Below, piece by piece: positions 39,182-51,200 of a DNA stretch of 64,000 bases. Where the stretch lies: the NCBI GenBank assembly GCA_964016885.1, contig OZ024765.1, forward strand, positions 2,852,001 through 2,916,000, written 5' to 3'. The position numbers were made by a program, and so were the translations under genes. This DNA is from Eledone cirrhosa. Lineage: Eukaryota. The notes below the pieces were generated by a model. It ran no database searches, had not been told where the DNA came from, and worked only from the letters and a program-made list of their open reading frames with translations. Each line of letters starts with the position of its first letter. The stretch's first letter is position 1.

Positions 39182-42100
39182 ATATATATATATATCTTTA
39201 TATATATATGTACCTCTTTCCCCCTCTCTCTCCATATATACCTCACTCCCCCCTCTCTCTCCATATATACCTCACTCCCCCCCTCTCTCCATATATACCT
39301 CACTCCCCCTCTCTCTCCATATATACCTCACTCCCCCTCTCTCTCCATATATACCTCACTCCCCCTCTCTCTCCATTTATACCTCACTCCCCCCTCTCTC
39401 TCCATATATACCTCACTCCCCCCTCTCTCTCCCTGCCCCCCCCCTCTCTCTCTCTCTCTCTCATTACTCTATATATACCTCACTCTCTATATATCACACT
39501 CTATATATCACTCTATATATATCACACTCTATATATCACTCTCTATATATCTCTCTATATATATCACACTCTATATATCACACTCTATATATCACTCTCT
39601 ATATATCTCTCTATATATATCACACTCTATATGTCACACTCTATATATCACACTCTATATATCTCTCTCTATATATACCTCACTCTCTATATATCACACT
39701 CTATATATCACTCTCTATATATCTCTCTATATATACCTCACTCTCTATATATCACACTCTATATATCACACTCTATATATCACTCTCTATATATCTCTCT
39801 CTATATATACCTCACTCTCTCTATATATATACCTCTCTCTCCACAGAGCCTCACTTTCCTCATTCTCCCATTTATTCCTGCCTCAAACCTCTTCTTCCCT
39901 GTTGGGTTCGTGGTGGCCGAGAGAGTCCTCTATACCCCTAGTATGGGGTTTTGTATACTGGTAGCCCTGGGATTTGAACTCCTCACACAACAAACCACCA
40001 GGTGAGTCACTTTTACCTCTTCCTTCTTCTTACTGCTCCACTCAGCTGACAAACATGAGTTGTACCTGTGACGCTGAATCTCCCTGAGAACTCTGTTACA
40101 CATGTCTGTTGAATATTCAGCCAGCCTTGTTATATTCTGTGTCACACTGAATCTCCCTGAGAACTCTGTTAAAGGTACACATGTCTGTGGAATGCTCAGC
40201 CTGCCTTGTTATATTCTGTGTCACGCCGAATCTCCCTGAGAACTCTGTTAAAGGTACACGTCTGTAGAATGCTCGGCCACTTGCATGTTAATTTCACAAG
40301 CAGGCTGGCTGTTCCGTTAACCGTATCAACTGAAACATTCATCACCATAACCGGAGGAGCACCAGTGGACAGTTATGGGTCTCTCTATTCTATTTCTAGG
40401 AAGAACCTGAAGATTTTACTGTGGGTTTTTATGGTCATTCTACTGGCAGTCCATGGCTTGAAAACAATTATCCGGAATTTTGATTGGTGAGTAATCAAAC
40501 TATTAACCCTTGTGTCTGTAGGTGATTGGAATCGGTTCAATAAGATATTTACTTTGGTAAACAGTTTGGTTTGGGGTTCAATGTCTTTAACCCTTTCATT
40601 ATCATATTTCTAACGAAAGACACTTATTAACTGGTGTTTGGAACATAACTTAACAAAGGTTCTTACATAAAATTATAATGGAAGGATTTTTAATAAATAT
40701 AAACACTTTAACCCTTTAGCATTTACATTACTCTATATATACTATTGTATTTTCACAGTAAAGGCTTTACCTCACATAATATATCGCATAACATTTACAT
40801 TACTCTATATATACTATTGTATTTTCACAGTAAAGGCTTTACCTCACATAATATCTCACATAATATTGAATCTATGAGATTTTGATATTATTTATTTTGA
40901 GAACAATACCTTAACATAATTATGAGCAGTCAGTTACAGCCAGTTTGAACAGAAAGAGGTGAGAGAATTCTGGCCAGATATGGCTGGTTTAAATACTAAA
41001 GGGTTAAAATAAACAGCTTTATATCATAAAGGGGCAGTTTAATATCAAAAGGGTTAAGAAATATTATTTTTGTGTCCTAAAACCAGAGGCAGTTTCCAGT
41101 GAGCTGGCATGATATAAAAAAAAGGGTGTTTTGTTTAATTTTTGTCTGTTTTTTTTTTGTTTTTTTCAGGGAATCTGAGTACATTCTGTTTAAATCAGCT
41201 GTGAAGGTAAACCAGAGAAATGCCAAACTGTTCAATAATATAGGCCATGCCTTGGAGAAAACCTCAAATTGGTCGGAAGCCCTCGAGTATTTTACTTTTG
41301 CTGCTAAGTAAGTCTGACACTGCTGGGCAGTATTTGAATAGGAAAGGTGTGGGTGAATGGGAGAGGGGTATGGTCAAGACATGCTCGCCCCCCCCCCCTC
41401 TCTCTCTCTCCCAGTCCTTCATTCTTTAGTTATGAATGGTCAAGGGTTTATCTCTAAGGCACAACCCTAGGCAAGTTGGGTTTTGGGGGTGGGGTTTTGT
41501 GGAAAACCAGTTGTCCCCCATGAATGCAAGTCTCTCCTCACACGCACATCCTGTAAAATGGTAGTGCTGGTGACATGACAAAAAGCCTCTAGTCCACCCT
41601 GTCATCTGGTCATGCTGGTGACACAAATAAGCACCCAGTCCACCATGTAAAGTGGTCGTGCTGGTGATGATAGTGATGATGATGATGTTGATGATGGTAA
41701 TGCTGATATGTGATGGTGGTGATAGTGAGAATGAAGATGGTGGTGGTGATAGTGACAATGATGGTGATGATTATAGATATTAATGATGATGATGATATTT
41801 TATATTGTAGGGTCCAACCAGATGACATTGGAGCCCACATAAATGTAGGTAGAACCTACCAACACCTCAATATGACAAAGGAGGCAGAGAAGGCATTCCA
41901 GACAGCCATAAACCTATTCCCACCTGTAATTCAAGGTAACGAGCATATTCATAATTTTATATAAGAACCTTTAAGTTATGTTCCAAACACCAGGTTAATA
42001 AGACAGTGTCTTTCATTAGAAATATAGTAATGAAAGGGTTAAAGTGTTTATATTTATCTAAAAACCTTCCATCATAATTTTATGTCAGAACCTATATTAT

Positions 42101-45100
42101 GTTATGTCCCAAACACCAACTAAATCCTTCCAAATTCTTGATAGTTTTTAGAATTATTTGAAAAACCATAGACATTGACCCTTTTGTTATATTTCTAATG
42201 AAAGACAATCTTAATTTCTATTTCCATAGTAACGTTAGTAAGGAACTTACCTTTTCTGTGTCCATAGAAACATTACTAACGAGGTTACCTTTTCTGCCAC
42301 ACAGGTAAAAGTTACACAGCTAGAGTAGCACCAAGCCATCTCAATGCATTTTTAAACCTTGCTTCACTAATTTCTAAAAATGAATCTCGTTTGAAAGAAG
42401 CCGAAAAGGTGAGTGTTGTCGTACCTGTGACATTTTTACAGTATTAATTTAACCCCTTTTTAATACCAAACTGCCCCTGGTTCTGTGACACAACCCTTTC
42501 CAATCTATCTCCTTAGTTCTATATTTTGACCCCATTCCTAGTCCTCTATTTAAGTCCTATATTTTTACCCCCATCTGTAGTCGTCTATTTAAACCCATCC
42601 TTTAAGTCTATATTTTGACCCCATCCCTAGTGCTCTATTTAAACCTTTTCCCTTAAGTCCTATATTTTGACTCCATCCCTAGTCTATTTAAACCCTATCA
42701 CTTAAGTCCCATATTTTGAGCATCTCCCCAGTCCTATATTTTAACCTTTTTCCTGCTATTACCCTCTAGTCCTATATTTTAACCTTTTCCTTCTATTACC
42801 CTCTAGTCTTATATTTTAACCTTTTCCCTTCTATTACCCTCTAGTCCTATATTTTAACCTTTTCCCTTCTATTACCCTCTAGTCCTATATTTTAACCTTT
42901 TCCTTCTATTACCCTCTAGTTCTATATTTTAACCTTTTCCCTTCTATTACCCTCTAGTCCTATATTTTAACCTTTTCCCTTCTATTACCCTCTAGTCCTA
43001 TATTTTAACCTTTTCCTTCTATTACCCTCTAGTCCTATATTTTAACCTTTTCCTTCTATTACCCTCTAGTCCTATATTTTAACCTTTTCCCTTCTATTAC
43101 CCTCTAGTCCTATATTTTAACCTTTTCCCTTCTATTACCCTCTAGTCCTATAGTTTAACCTTTTCCCTTCTATTACCCTCTAGTCCTATAGTTTAACCTT
43201 TTCCCTTCTATTACCCTCTAGTCCTATAGTTTAACCTTTTCCCTTCTATTACCCTCTAGTCCTATAGTTTAACCTTTTCCCTTCTATTACCCTCTAGTCC
43301 TATAGTTTAACCTTTTCCCTTCTATTACCCTCTAGTCCTATAGTTTAACCTTTTCCCTTCTATTACCCTCTAGTCCTATAGTTTAACCTTTTCCCTTCTA
43401 TTACCCTCTAGTCCTATAGTTTAACCTTTTCCCTTCTATTACCCTCTAGTCCTATAGTTTAACCTTTTCCCTTCTATTACCCTCTAGTCCTATAGTTTAA
43501 CCTTTTCCCTTCTATTACCCTCTAGTCCTATATTTTAACCTTTTCCCTTCTATTACCCTCTAGTCCTATATTTTAACCTTTTCCCTTCTATTACCCTCTA
43601 GTCCTATAGTTTAACCTTTTCCCTTCTATTACCCTCTAGTCCTATAGTTTAACCTTTTCCCTTCTATTACCCTCTAGTCCTATAGTTTAACCTTTTCCCT
43701 TCTATTACCCTCTAGTCCTATAGTTTAACCTTTTCCCTTCTATTACCCTCTAGTCCTATAGTTTAACCTTTTCCCTTCTATTACCCTCTAGTCCTATAGT
43801 TTAACCTTTTCCCTTCTATTACCCTCTAGTCCTATATTTTAACCTTTTCCCTTCTATTACCCTCTAGTCCTATATTTTAACCTCTTCCCTTCTATCTCCC
43901 CAGCTCTATAAGACTGCCATCACCATGAGAGCTGATTACGTGAAAGCCTACATGAGTAGAGGAGAGGTGCTTGTCCGTTTGGGAAGGTAAGTTTCTCTTA
44001 TAGCTATTATAGGAAGTATAGCTCCTATTGTTTCAGGATATAGCTATTATATCATAGGGAGTATAGCTACTATTGTATAGGGTAAATAGATACTATTGTA
44101 TTGGGAGTATAGATACTATTGTATTGGGGGTATAGATACTATTGTATAGGCGTGAATAGCTATTATTGTATGGGGCATTATTGACTTTTTTCCACATCTT
44201 TTTATGAATTCTTTCCTCATCTTTTCTACATCTTTTTATGAATTCTTTCCTCTTCTTTTCTACATCTTTTTATGAATTCTTTCCTCATCTTTTCCATATC
44301 TTTTTATGAGTTCTTTCCTCAGTTTTTTCATCTTTTCTACATCTATATCCTCTAATTAATCATCTGTCATCTCGTTATATCTTTAACCCTTTCCAGACTA
44401 GAAGAGGCCAAGGAACAATACCGTATTGCTCTCCGCTATGAACAGTCAGATGCTGACATCTACTATAATGTAACTATTATATTTTAGTAACTTACAGTTG
44501 TTGTGGCTGTTGTGGTGGTGGTGGTGGTGGTGGTGGTGGTGGTGGTGTTGGTGTTGTTGTGGTGGTGTTGTGGTGGTGATGATGTTAGCTGTGACATGTT
44601 GTCCCTCAGTGTATGTATGTTGTTACACAGCATATGTATGTATATGTTGTGACATCCCAACCAACCAATGTCAATATATCTATATATCTATCTCTCTCTC
44701 TATCTATTTGTCTATCTATCTCCTGGAGATGAGGGTTGCACATTTTATTTTCGGGGGTATGTGTTACCCATATGAACTGTCTCCCCTATTGGGGAAAATC
44801 GATTAATTTTTAAATTGCATTTGTGATAATATTTTACACGTTTTTATTTGTATGTAAACTTCCCCCTTTGTATCTGTCCCTTTCTTTTGTGCCCCTGTGG
44901 CTAATAAAGAAACATATCTATCTGTCTGTTTGTCTATCTACCTGTTTATCTATCTATCTATCTCTTTGTCATGATCAAACCGCCACCCTCCTTCAAAAAC
45001 GAAGGAGAGGCGGTTTTCCTTTGCGTGATAGCTATGGCGAAAGAGGTTGTATGGTGGACAAGGTTGAAAGGGCTGAGGTCAGACACCTTTCTCTCCGGCC

Positions 45101-46918
45101 AACAACTGATTCTTTTTTTCAAATATCACTTTGGAAGAAGAATCAGGATGGAGAGAGAGGTGCTGTACCCCAGCAAGTTTTATGAAAGGTGGGTGAAAGT
45201 GGCGAGAATGGCCCCAGTGAATGGGCCTTCTCTCTATATCAGCCTGTAGGTTGAGGAAAAGGAGGAAGAGAGAAAAGGGGTACAAACTCTTCGTACTCCT
45301 GGAGATGAGGGTTGCACATTTTTTTTCGGGGGTATGTGTTACCCATATGAACTGTCTCCCCCTATTGGGGAAAATCGACTAATTTTTTAAATTGCATTTG
45401 TGATAACATTTTACACGTTTTTATTGTATGTAAACTTCCCCCTTTGTAATTGTCCCCTTCTTTTGTGCCCCTGTGGCTAATAAAGAAACAGATCTATCTC
45501 TGTCTATCTCTCTAACTATCTCTCTCTCTATCTTCTCATCAATTCAGATAGGTGTTGTTAACTTGGAACAAAAGAACTTTATAGAAGCCAACACTTTCTT
45601 TGAACAAGCCCTGAAATTGAACCCAGATCATCAGGTTGGTAAACTCCCTTTTTAAACCTTTCCGCACTATATTTCTAATAAATGTATATAGAATATCTAT
45701 ACACGCACACACTGTGTAGAATATGTATATATACACCCCCGTCCAAACCCATGCAAGCGTGGAACACGGACGTTAAACGGTGATGATGATGATGATGATG
45801 ATGACACACGGACGGTGATGATATATGTATATATACACATACTGTATGTGCAATGTGTATATATAGTTTAATTAAGCAGTTTCCTTATATTATTATTCAA
45901 CATACATAATAAACAAACATGTATAAAATTGTATATCAAAAACCCCTTTTATATATTTACAGCAAACCCTTTTCAATTCGGCCCTTCTTTTACAAGATCT
46001 TGGGAACCCAGTTTATCGACCAGAAGCAATGAGAAGGTAGGTTATAATTCCTATTAATATATTGCAATCTAACTTAACCCTTTAGCATTTAAACCAGCCA
46101 CAACTGGTCACTCATACTGACGTTAAGGTATTGTTCTCAAAATAAATAACATCAAAATCTCATAGATTCAATATTATGTGAGGTAAAGCCTTTACTGCGA
46201 AAATACAATAGTATATATAGAGTAATGTAAATGTTATGTGAGATATTATGTGAGGTAAAGCCTTTACTGTGAAAATACAATAGTATATATAGGGTAATGT
46301 AAATGCTAAAGGGTTAACCCTTTTTGTCACAATATTTCTAATGAAAGACAGCCTATGGTTTAGTATTTATAACTAACTTTATTATTGTAAACAAAATTGT
46401 GATGGAAGGTTTTTAGATAAATATAAACACTTTAACCCTTTCATTTCCATATTTCTAATGAACGACACTGTCTTATTAACCTGGTGTTTGGAACATAACT
46501 TAACAAAGGTTCTTACATAAAATTATGATGGAAGGTTTTTAGGTAAATATATGTTTGACAGATGCAAAACAGATGCGATATAGATGTGTGACACGTGATA
46601 TAGATGTAAAACAGATGTGATATAGATGTATGGCATGTGATAACAGATGTGTAACAGATGTGATATAGAAGTCAAAGCATTGTTTATGTTTGTTGTATTT
46701 TCAGGTTACTTCATCTGTTGGATCTGAAACCAAATGATGCCAAGGCCTACTACTGCCTCGCCATCTTGGCTGCTGACAGTAAAGACTTCATCAAAGCAAA
46801 GAACTGGTTTATTGAAGCCATCAGAGTAAGTGGATCACCCCACCACACACACATTGGGTCCTCAAGTATGAAATTTGTAGAAATTTTTTTTTTCGACAAA
46901 TTTCATACTTGAAGACCC

Positions 46919-46950
<32 letters not shown>

Positions 46951-49925
46951 CATCACCATCATCATTTTACGGTCTACTTCTACTGGGGTTTCTTGGCACT
47001 TCTTTACCCAGTGGTTATCCTCCATGCGCACATGTTGTAAAAATGAATTCGTTGAATAATCAACGAACCATATAATTTTTTGGTTATATCATAATTTTAC
47101 ATCCGCTTTTCCCTGCTTACAAGGGTTGGACGGGAACTGATTCTGGCTTGATCTCTACAGCTGGATGCCCTTCCTAACACCAACCTCATTTACAGTGAGT
47201 GCTGGGTGCTTTTCTGCCGTGGCACCTCCACGACCACTTTGCAGTGGAATGATAGGGACTGGGGTCCCTATCATCTCATTTCTACAGCTGAGTAAACTGG
47301 AGCAATGTGAAATAAAGTCTCTTGCTCAAGAAAACAACATATCACCCGGTCTGAGAATTGAACTCACAACCTTTTGTATTGCAAGCCCAATGTTCTAACC
47401 ACTAAGCCATGTGCCTCCATTATATATATAAATATATTCCAACTCGTGTAATCTTGGAAAAAACGGACATGATATGACGATGATTTTATTTTCAGCTTGA
47501 AGACAATATGCGGAGCGCCCTCTTTAATTTGGCCCTGATGCTGGTGAATGACCTGAAACAACCTCAAGAAGCCATTCCATATTTAAATAAACTGTTAACG
47601 GTGAGTTTATCTGGTAGCTTGTCCTTTTGTTGTCCTGTGGGGGGGTCAGTGGAAGGTGGGTAACCATCGGGGAATATGGTATGATCAGATGAAGGCTATA
47701 GACAGGACTGGATCAACTACTGTCACTTCACCACTGCCACCATCATCTCCACCACCAACATCAGTTGCCAGACATCGGAGCTTTAATGTATCCATGCTCT
47801 GGGCAGCAAGGCGTTCAGAGTATGGTAGATGCTTGATGGAAGGTATTCATGGAGAGTACTTTTCTTATTTCATCCTAGTTTGCTAACCAGAATGACCATT
47901 TCTGTCCATTGGTAAACCATTAAACATAAATCATTGGTATGTGTATATATATATATATATATATAATTGAGCATGTGGTTAGAATGTCTCAGGAAAGAAT
48001 CACTGGACAGATTTGTAGCTCAGAGATGAGAGAGTCACTCCAGGTAGAGCTGCTACTTCTCTGAATTGAGAGACCACAGCTCTGATACTATGGACATGTA
48101 GTTAGAATGTCTCTGGAAAGAATTGCTGGAGATATTTGTAGCTCGGAGATCAGAGAGTCACTCCAGGTAGAGCTGCTACTTCTCTGAATAGAGAGATCGC
48201 AGCTCTGATACTATGGACATGTGGTTAGAATGTTACTGGAAAGAATTGCTGGAGATATTTGTAGCTTGGAGATCAGAGAGTCACTCCTGGTAGAGCCACT
48301 ACTTCTCTGAATTGAGAGATCACAGCTCCAATCTTACAGATATGTGCTTCAAATGTCTCAGGAAAGAATTGCTGGAGATATTTGTAGCTCGGAGATCAGA
48401 GAGTCACTCCAGGTAGAGCTGCTACTTCTCTGAATAGAGAGATCGCAGCTCTGATACTATGGACATGTGGTTAGAATGTCTTAGGAAAGAATTGCTGGAC
48501 AGATTTGTAGCTCAGAGATGAGAGAGTCACTCCAGGTAGAGCTGCTACTTCTCTGAATTGAGAGACCACAGCTCTGATACTATGGACATGTGGTTAGAAT
48601 GTCTTAGGAAAGAATTGTTGGAGATATTTGTAGCTCGGAGATCAGAGAGTCACTCCAGGTAAAGCTGCTACTTCTCTGAATAGAGAGATCGCAGCTCTGA
48701 TACTATGGACATGTGGTTAGAATGTTACTGGAAAGAATTGCTGGAGATATTTGTAGCTCGGAGATCAGAGAGTCACTCCAGTTAGAGCTGCTACTTCTCT
48801 GAATTGAGAGATCACAGCTCTGATACTATGGACATGTGGTTAGAATGTCTCAGGAAAGATTTGCTGAAGATATTTGTAGCTTGGAGATCAGAGAGTCACT
48901 CCAGGTAGAGCTGCTACTTCTCTGAATTGAGAGATCACAGCTCCAATCTTACAGATATGTGCTTCAAATGTCTCAGGAAAGAATTGCTGGAGATATTTTA
49001 AGGACAAAACCAACAGGTAGGAGACCCAGAGGTAGACCCTGAGCAAGATGGTTGGATAACATCCATGAGCTTGGCTGGTCTCGCTTGGGGATCCAGCCGG
49101 ATCTGTTGGAGCCGGTTATTTCTGACATGACCCACTGGAAGGAGTGTTTGAGGATTCTATCCCCATGACCCTCTCAGGAATAAGTGAGAGATTCAGCACT
49201 GAGTAGAGTGTGGAAGTGTATGTTAGCAAGTTTCTTCTTACGACCCCCAGGGAGGTACGGTGTACCTATTCTAAACACTGTGATATAAAATGGTGATAGG
49301 AACTATTTGTATCTTTCTCTGTTTCAGTACTACCCAAATCATACGAAGGGACTTATTTTAATGGGTGACATCAATATCAACATCCTTAAAGATCTTGACA
49401 GTGCAGAAAAAGTGAGTACAATTCTTTCTTTTTGGTGGTGAGGGAAAAGATAACGGTTATTAACCTGGTGTTTGGAACATAACTTAACAATGGTTCTTAC
49501 ATAAAATTATGATGGAAGGTTTTTAGATAAATATAAACACTTTAAACCTTTCATTACCATATTTCTAACGAAAGACACTGTCTTATTAACCTGGTGTTTG
49601 GAATATAACTTAACAAAGGTTCTTACATAAAATTCTGCCAATCCACAGCACTTTTAATAATAATTTTTACATTAAATAATCATTCCTTGTTCTCTCTCTC
49701 TTTTCTCTTCAGAATTTCCAAACAATTTTGGTGAATGAGCCAGGAAACGTGCAGGCAATGCACAATCTTTGTGTAGTTTACGTGGAACGAGGAGATATCC
49801 TGAAAGCCGAGAAATGCCTACAGCACGCCCATAGCCTGGCGCCTTCAGAATCTTACATTCTGCAACATTTAAATATCGTTCGGAATAAAATAAAGACAAT
49901 CAAAGCAGCGAGGAAACTTCCGTGA
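33370..49925 (+). CDS. TMTC3: Protein O-mannosyltransferase TMTC3 (GT-C TM domain/DUF1736 plus TPRs); 20 coding exons, ~837 aa
   Basis: All 20 exons join in frame (2514 nt). Motifs [81 protein letters not shown]; TMTC3-type [13 protein letters not shown] and ARVAPSHLN. Confidence 0.95.
33872..34406 (+). mobile_element. Non-autonomous Helitron-like element
   Basis: A|TCTATATATATAAA 5' end; GC-rich subterminal CGCAACAAGGCGCGGG followed by CTAG|T. Confidence 0.6.
34472..34608 (+). CDS. TMTC3: TMTC3 exon 2
   Basis: [19 protein letters not shown]...; CAG/GTAAGT. Confidence 0.93.
35071..35152 (+). CDS. TMTC3: TMTC3 exon 3
   Basis: ...[11 protein letters not shown]; CAG/GTAAGT. Confidence 0.93.
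35353..35680 (+). mobile_element. tRNA-derived CORE-like SINE
   Basis: Near-identical to 4246-4590. Confidence 0.75.
35978..36077 (+). CDS. TMTC3: TMTC3 exon 4
   Basis: [12 protein letters not shown]...; TAG/GTAAGT. Confidence 0.93.
36488..36603 (+). CDS. TMTC3: TMTC3 exon 5
   Basis: ...[19 protein letters not shown]...; TAG/GTAAC. Confidence 0.93.
36685..37550 (+). mobile_element. CR1/L2-like LINE 3' end with the same ~61-bp unit amplified ~8x
   Basis: [27 protein letters not shown] plus shared 3' UTR (...GTAGTGCACCTGAGCACTGTACACAAT). Confidence 0.7.
37731..37903 (+). CDS. TMTC3: TMTC3 exon 6
   Basis: ...[14 protein letters not shown]; CAG/GTAAGT. Confidence 0.92.
38625..38877 (+). CDS. 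TMTC3: TMTC3 exon 7
   Basis: FDNPASVS...[11 protein letters not shown]...; CAG/GTGAGT. Confidence 0.94.
39847..40001 (+). CDS. TMTC3: TMTC3 exon 8
   Basis: [29 protein letters not shown]; CAG/GTGAGT. Confidence 0.94.
40400..40486 (+). CDS. TMTC3: TMTC3 exon 9
   Basis: KNLKILLW...KTIIRNFDW; TAG/GTGAGT. Confidence 0.92.
40712..41003. mobile_element. Non-autonomous piggyBac-type MITE (same family, opposite orientation)
   Basis: TTAA|CCCTTTAGCATTTA...TAAATACTAAAGGG|TTAA. Confidence 0.78.
41170..41307 (+). CDS. TMTC3: TMTC3 exon 10 (TPR)
   Basis: [29 protein letters not shown]; CAG/GTAAGT. Confidence 0.93.
41811..41935 (+). CDS. TMTC3: TMTC3 exon 11 (TPR)
   Basis: [16 protein letters not shown]...; TAG/GTAAC. 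Confidence 0.93.
42305..42408 (+). CDS. TMTC3: TMTC3 exon 12
   Basis: [35 protein letters not shown]; CAG/GTGAGT. Confidence 0.93.
42730..43895. repeat. 38-bp minisatellite (~30 copies) abutting the TMTC3 exon 13 acceptor
   Basis: TAGTCCTATAGTTTAACCTTTTCCCTTCTATTACCCTC. Confidence 0.95.
43904..43986 (+). CDS. TMTC3: TMTC3 exon 13
   Basis: [23 protein letters not shown]; CAG/GTAAGT. Confidence 0.92.
44397..44469 (+). CDS. TMTC3: TMTC3 exon 14
   Basis: [24 protein letters not shown]; CAG/GTAAC. Confidence 0.92.
44965..45492 (+). mobile_element. 5'-truncated Tx1/L1-like LINE 3' end
   Basis: ORF end ...[12 protein letters not shown]...ERWVKVARM...*, 3' UTR ending AATAAAGAAAC; related copies at 44722-44915 (+) and 17492-17795 (-). 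Clade call is by recall only. Confidence 0.55.
45548..45634 (+). CDS. TMTC3: TMTC3 exon 15
   Basis: IGVVNLEQ...[12 protein letters not shown]; CAG/GTTGGT. Confidence 0.9.
45963..46036 (+). CDS. TMTC3: TMTC3 exon 16
   Basis: [14 protein letters not shown]...RPEAMRR; CAG/GTAGG. Confidence 0.9.
46078..46313. mobile_element. Non-autonomous piggyBac-type MITE
   Basis: TTAA|CCCTTTAGCATTTA...TAAATGCTAAAGGG|TTAA. Confidence 0.8.
46705..46825 (+). CDS. TMTC3: TMTC3 exon 17
   Basis: [22 protein letters not shown]...; CAG/GTAAGT. Confidence 0.92.
47090..47419 (-). mobile_element. tRNA-derived CORE-like SINE
   Basis: Reverse complement of the 4246-4590 family. Confidence 0.75.
47496..47600 (+). CDS. 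TMTC3: TMTC3 exon 18
   Basis: [16 protein letters not shown]...; CAG/GTGAGT. Confidence 0.92.
47968..49185 (+). mobile_element. RTE-like LINE 3' end with a ~122-bp unit amplified ~8x
   Basis: [22 protein letters not shown]...[18 protein letters not shown]; single-unit relative at 59520-59825; tail CCCTCTCAGGAATAAGTGGGTGAAGAAG also at 27740-28160 and 54010-54080. Confidence 0.65.
49328..49411 (+). CDS. TMTC3: TMTC3 exon 19
   Basis: [28 protein letters not shown]; CAG/GTGAGT. Confidence 0.92.
49713..49925 (+). CDS. TMTC3: TMTC3 exon 20 (last TPR; stop TGA 49923-49925 overlaps a possible GTGAGT donor)
   Basis: [36 protein letters not shown]...[10 protein letters not shown]. Confidence 0.88.
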   Translation, partial: NFQTILVNEPGNVQAMHNLCVVYVERGDILKAEKCLQHAHSLAPSESYILQHLNIVRNKIKTIKAARKLP

Positions 49926-50079
49926 GTACAAGAACAACAACAACAGCAGCAATATAATAATAATAAAATGACAAAGAAAGGAAAAGAAAAAGAAAAACTT
50001 TGGTGTAAAATAGAACTGCAGCGAAACATATAACTGGAACAGCTGCAGCAGATTGCAGAAAATGCATGATTGCACCTGC

Positions 50080-50137
<58 letters not shown>

Positions 50138-50493
50138 ATGTATATATACATGTCTATATGTGTGTATATGTATATATACATGTCTATATATATGTATATG
50201 TGTATATATACATGTCTATATATATATATGTATATATACATGTCTATATATGTATATATACATGTCTATATATGTATATATACATGTCTATATATATGTA
50301 TATATACATGTCTATATATATGTATGTATGTATATGTATGATATATGTTTATACCTATGTATATATATATATATATATCTAGCTATGTGTATGTATGTGT
50401 GTGTATATATATATATATATATAGCTATGTATATGTGTGTGTGTGTATATATATATCTGTAACTATGTGTGTGTATTTATATATATATACATT

Positions 50494-50591
50494 CAGGGTG
50501 TCCCAAAAAATGTATACACACTTCAACAGCATTCTAATAAATATTGCCTGTACAGGTAATCAAAGTGTACATACATTTTTTTGGGACACCC

Positions 50592-50593
<2 letters not shown>
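50494..50593. mobile_element. Tc1/mariner-type MITE remnant
   Basis: CAGGGTGTCCCAAAAAATGTA...TACATTTTTTTGGGACACCCT terminal inverted repeats inside a TA tract. Confidence 0.65.
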
Positions 50594-51200
<607 letters not shown>

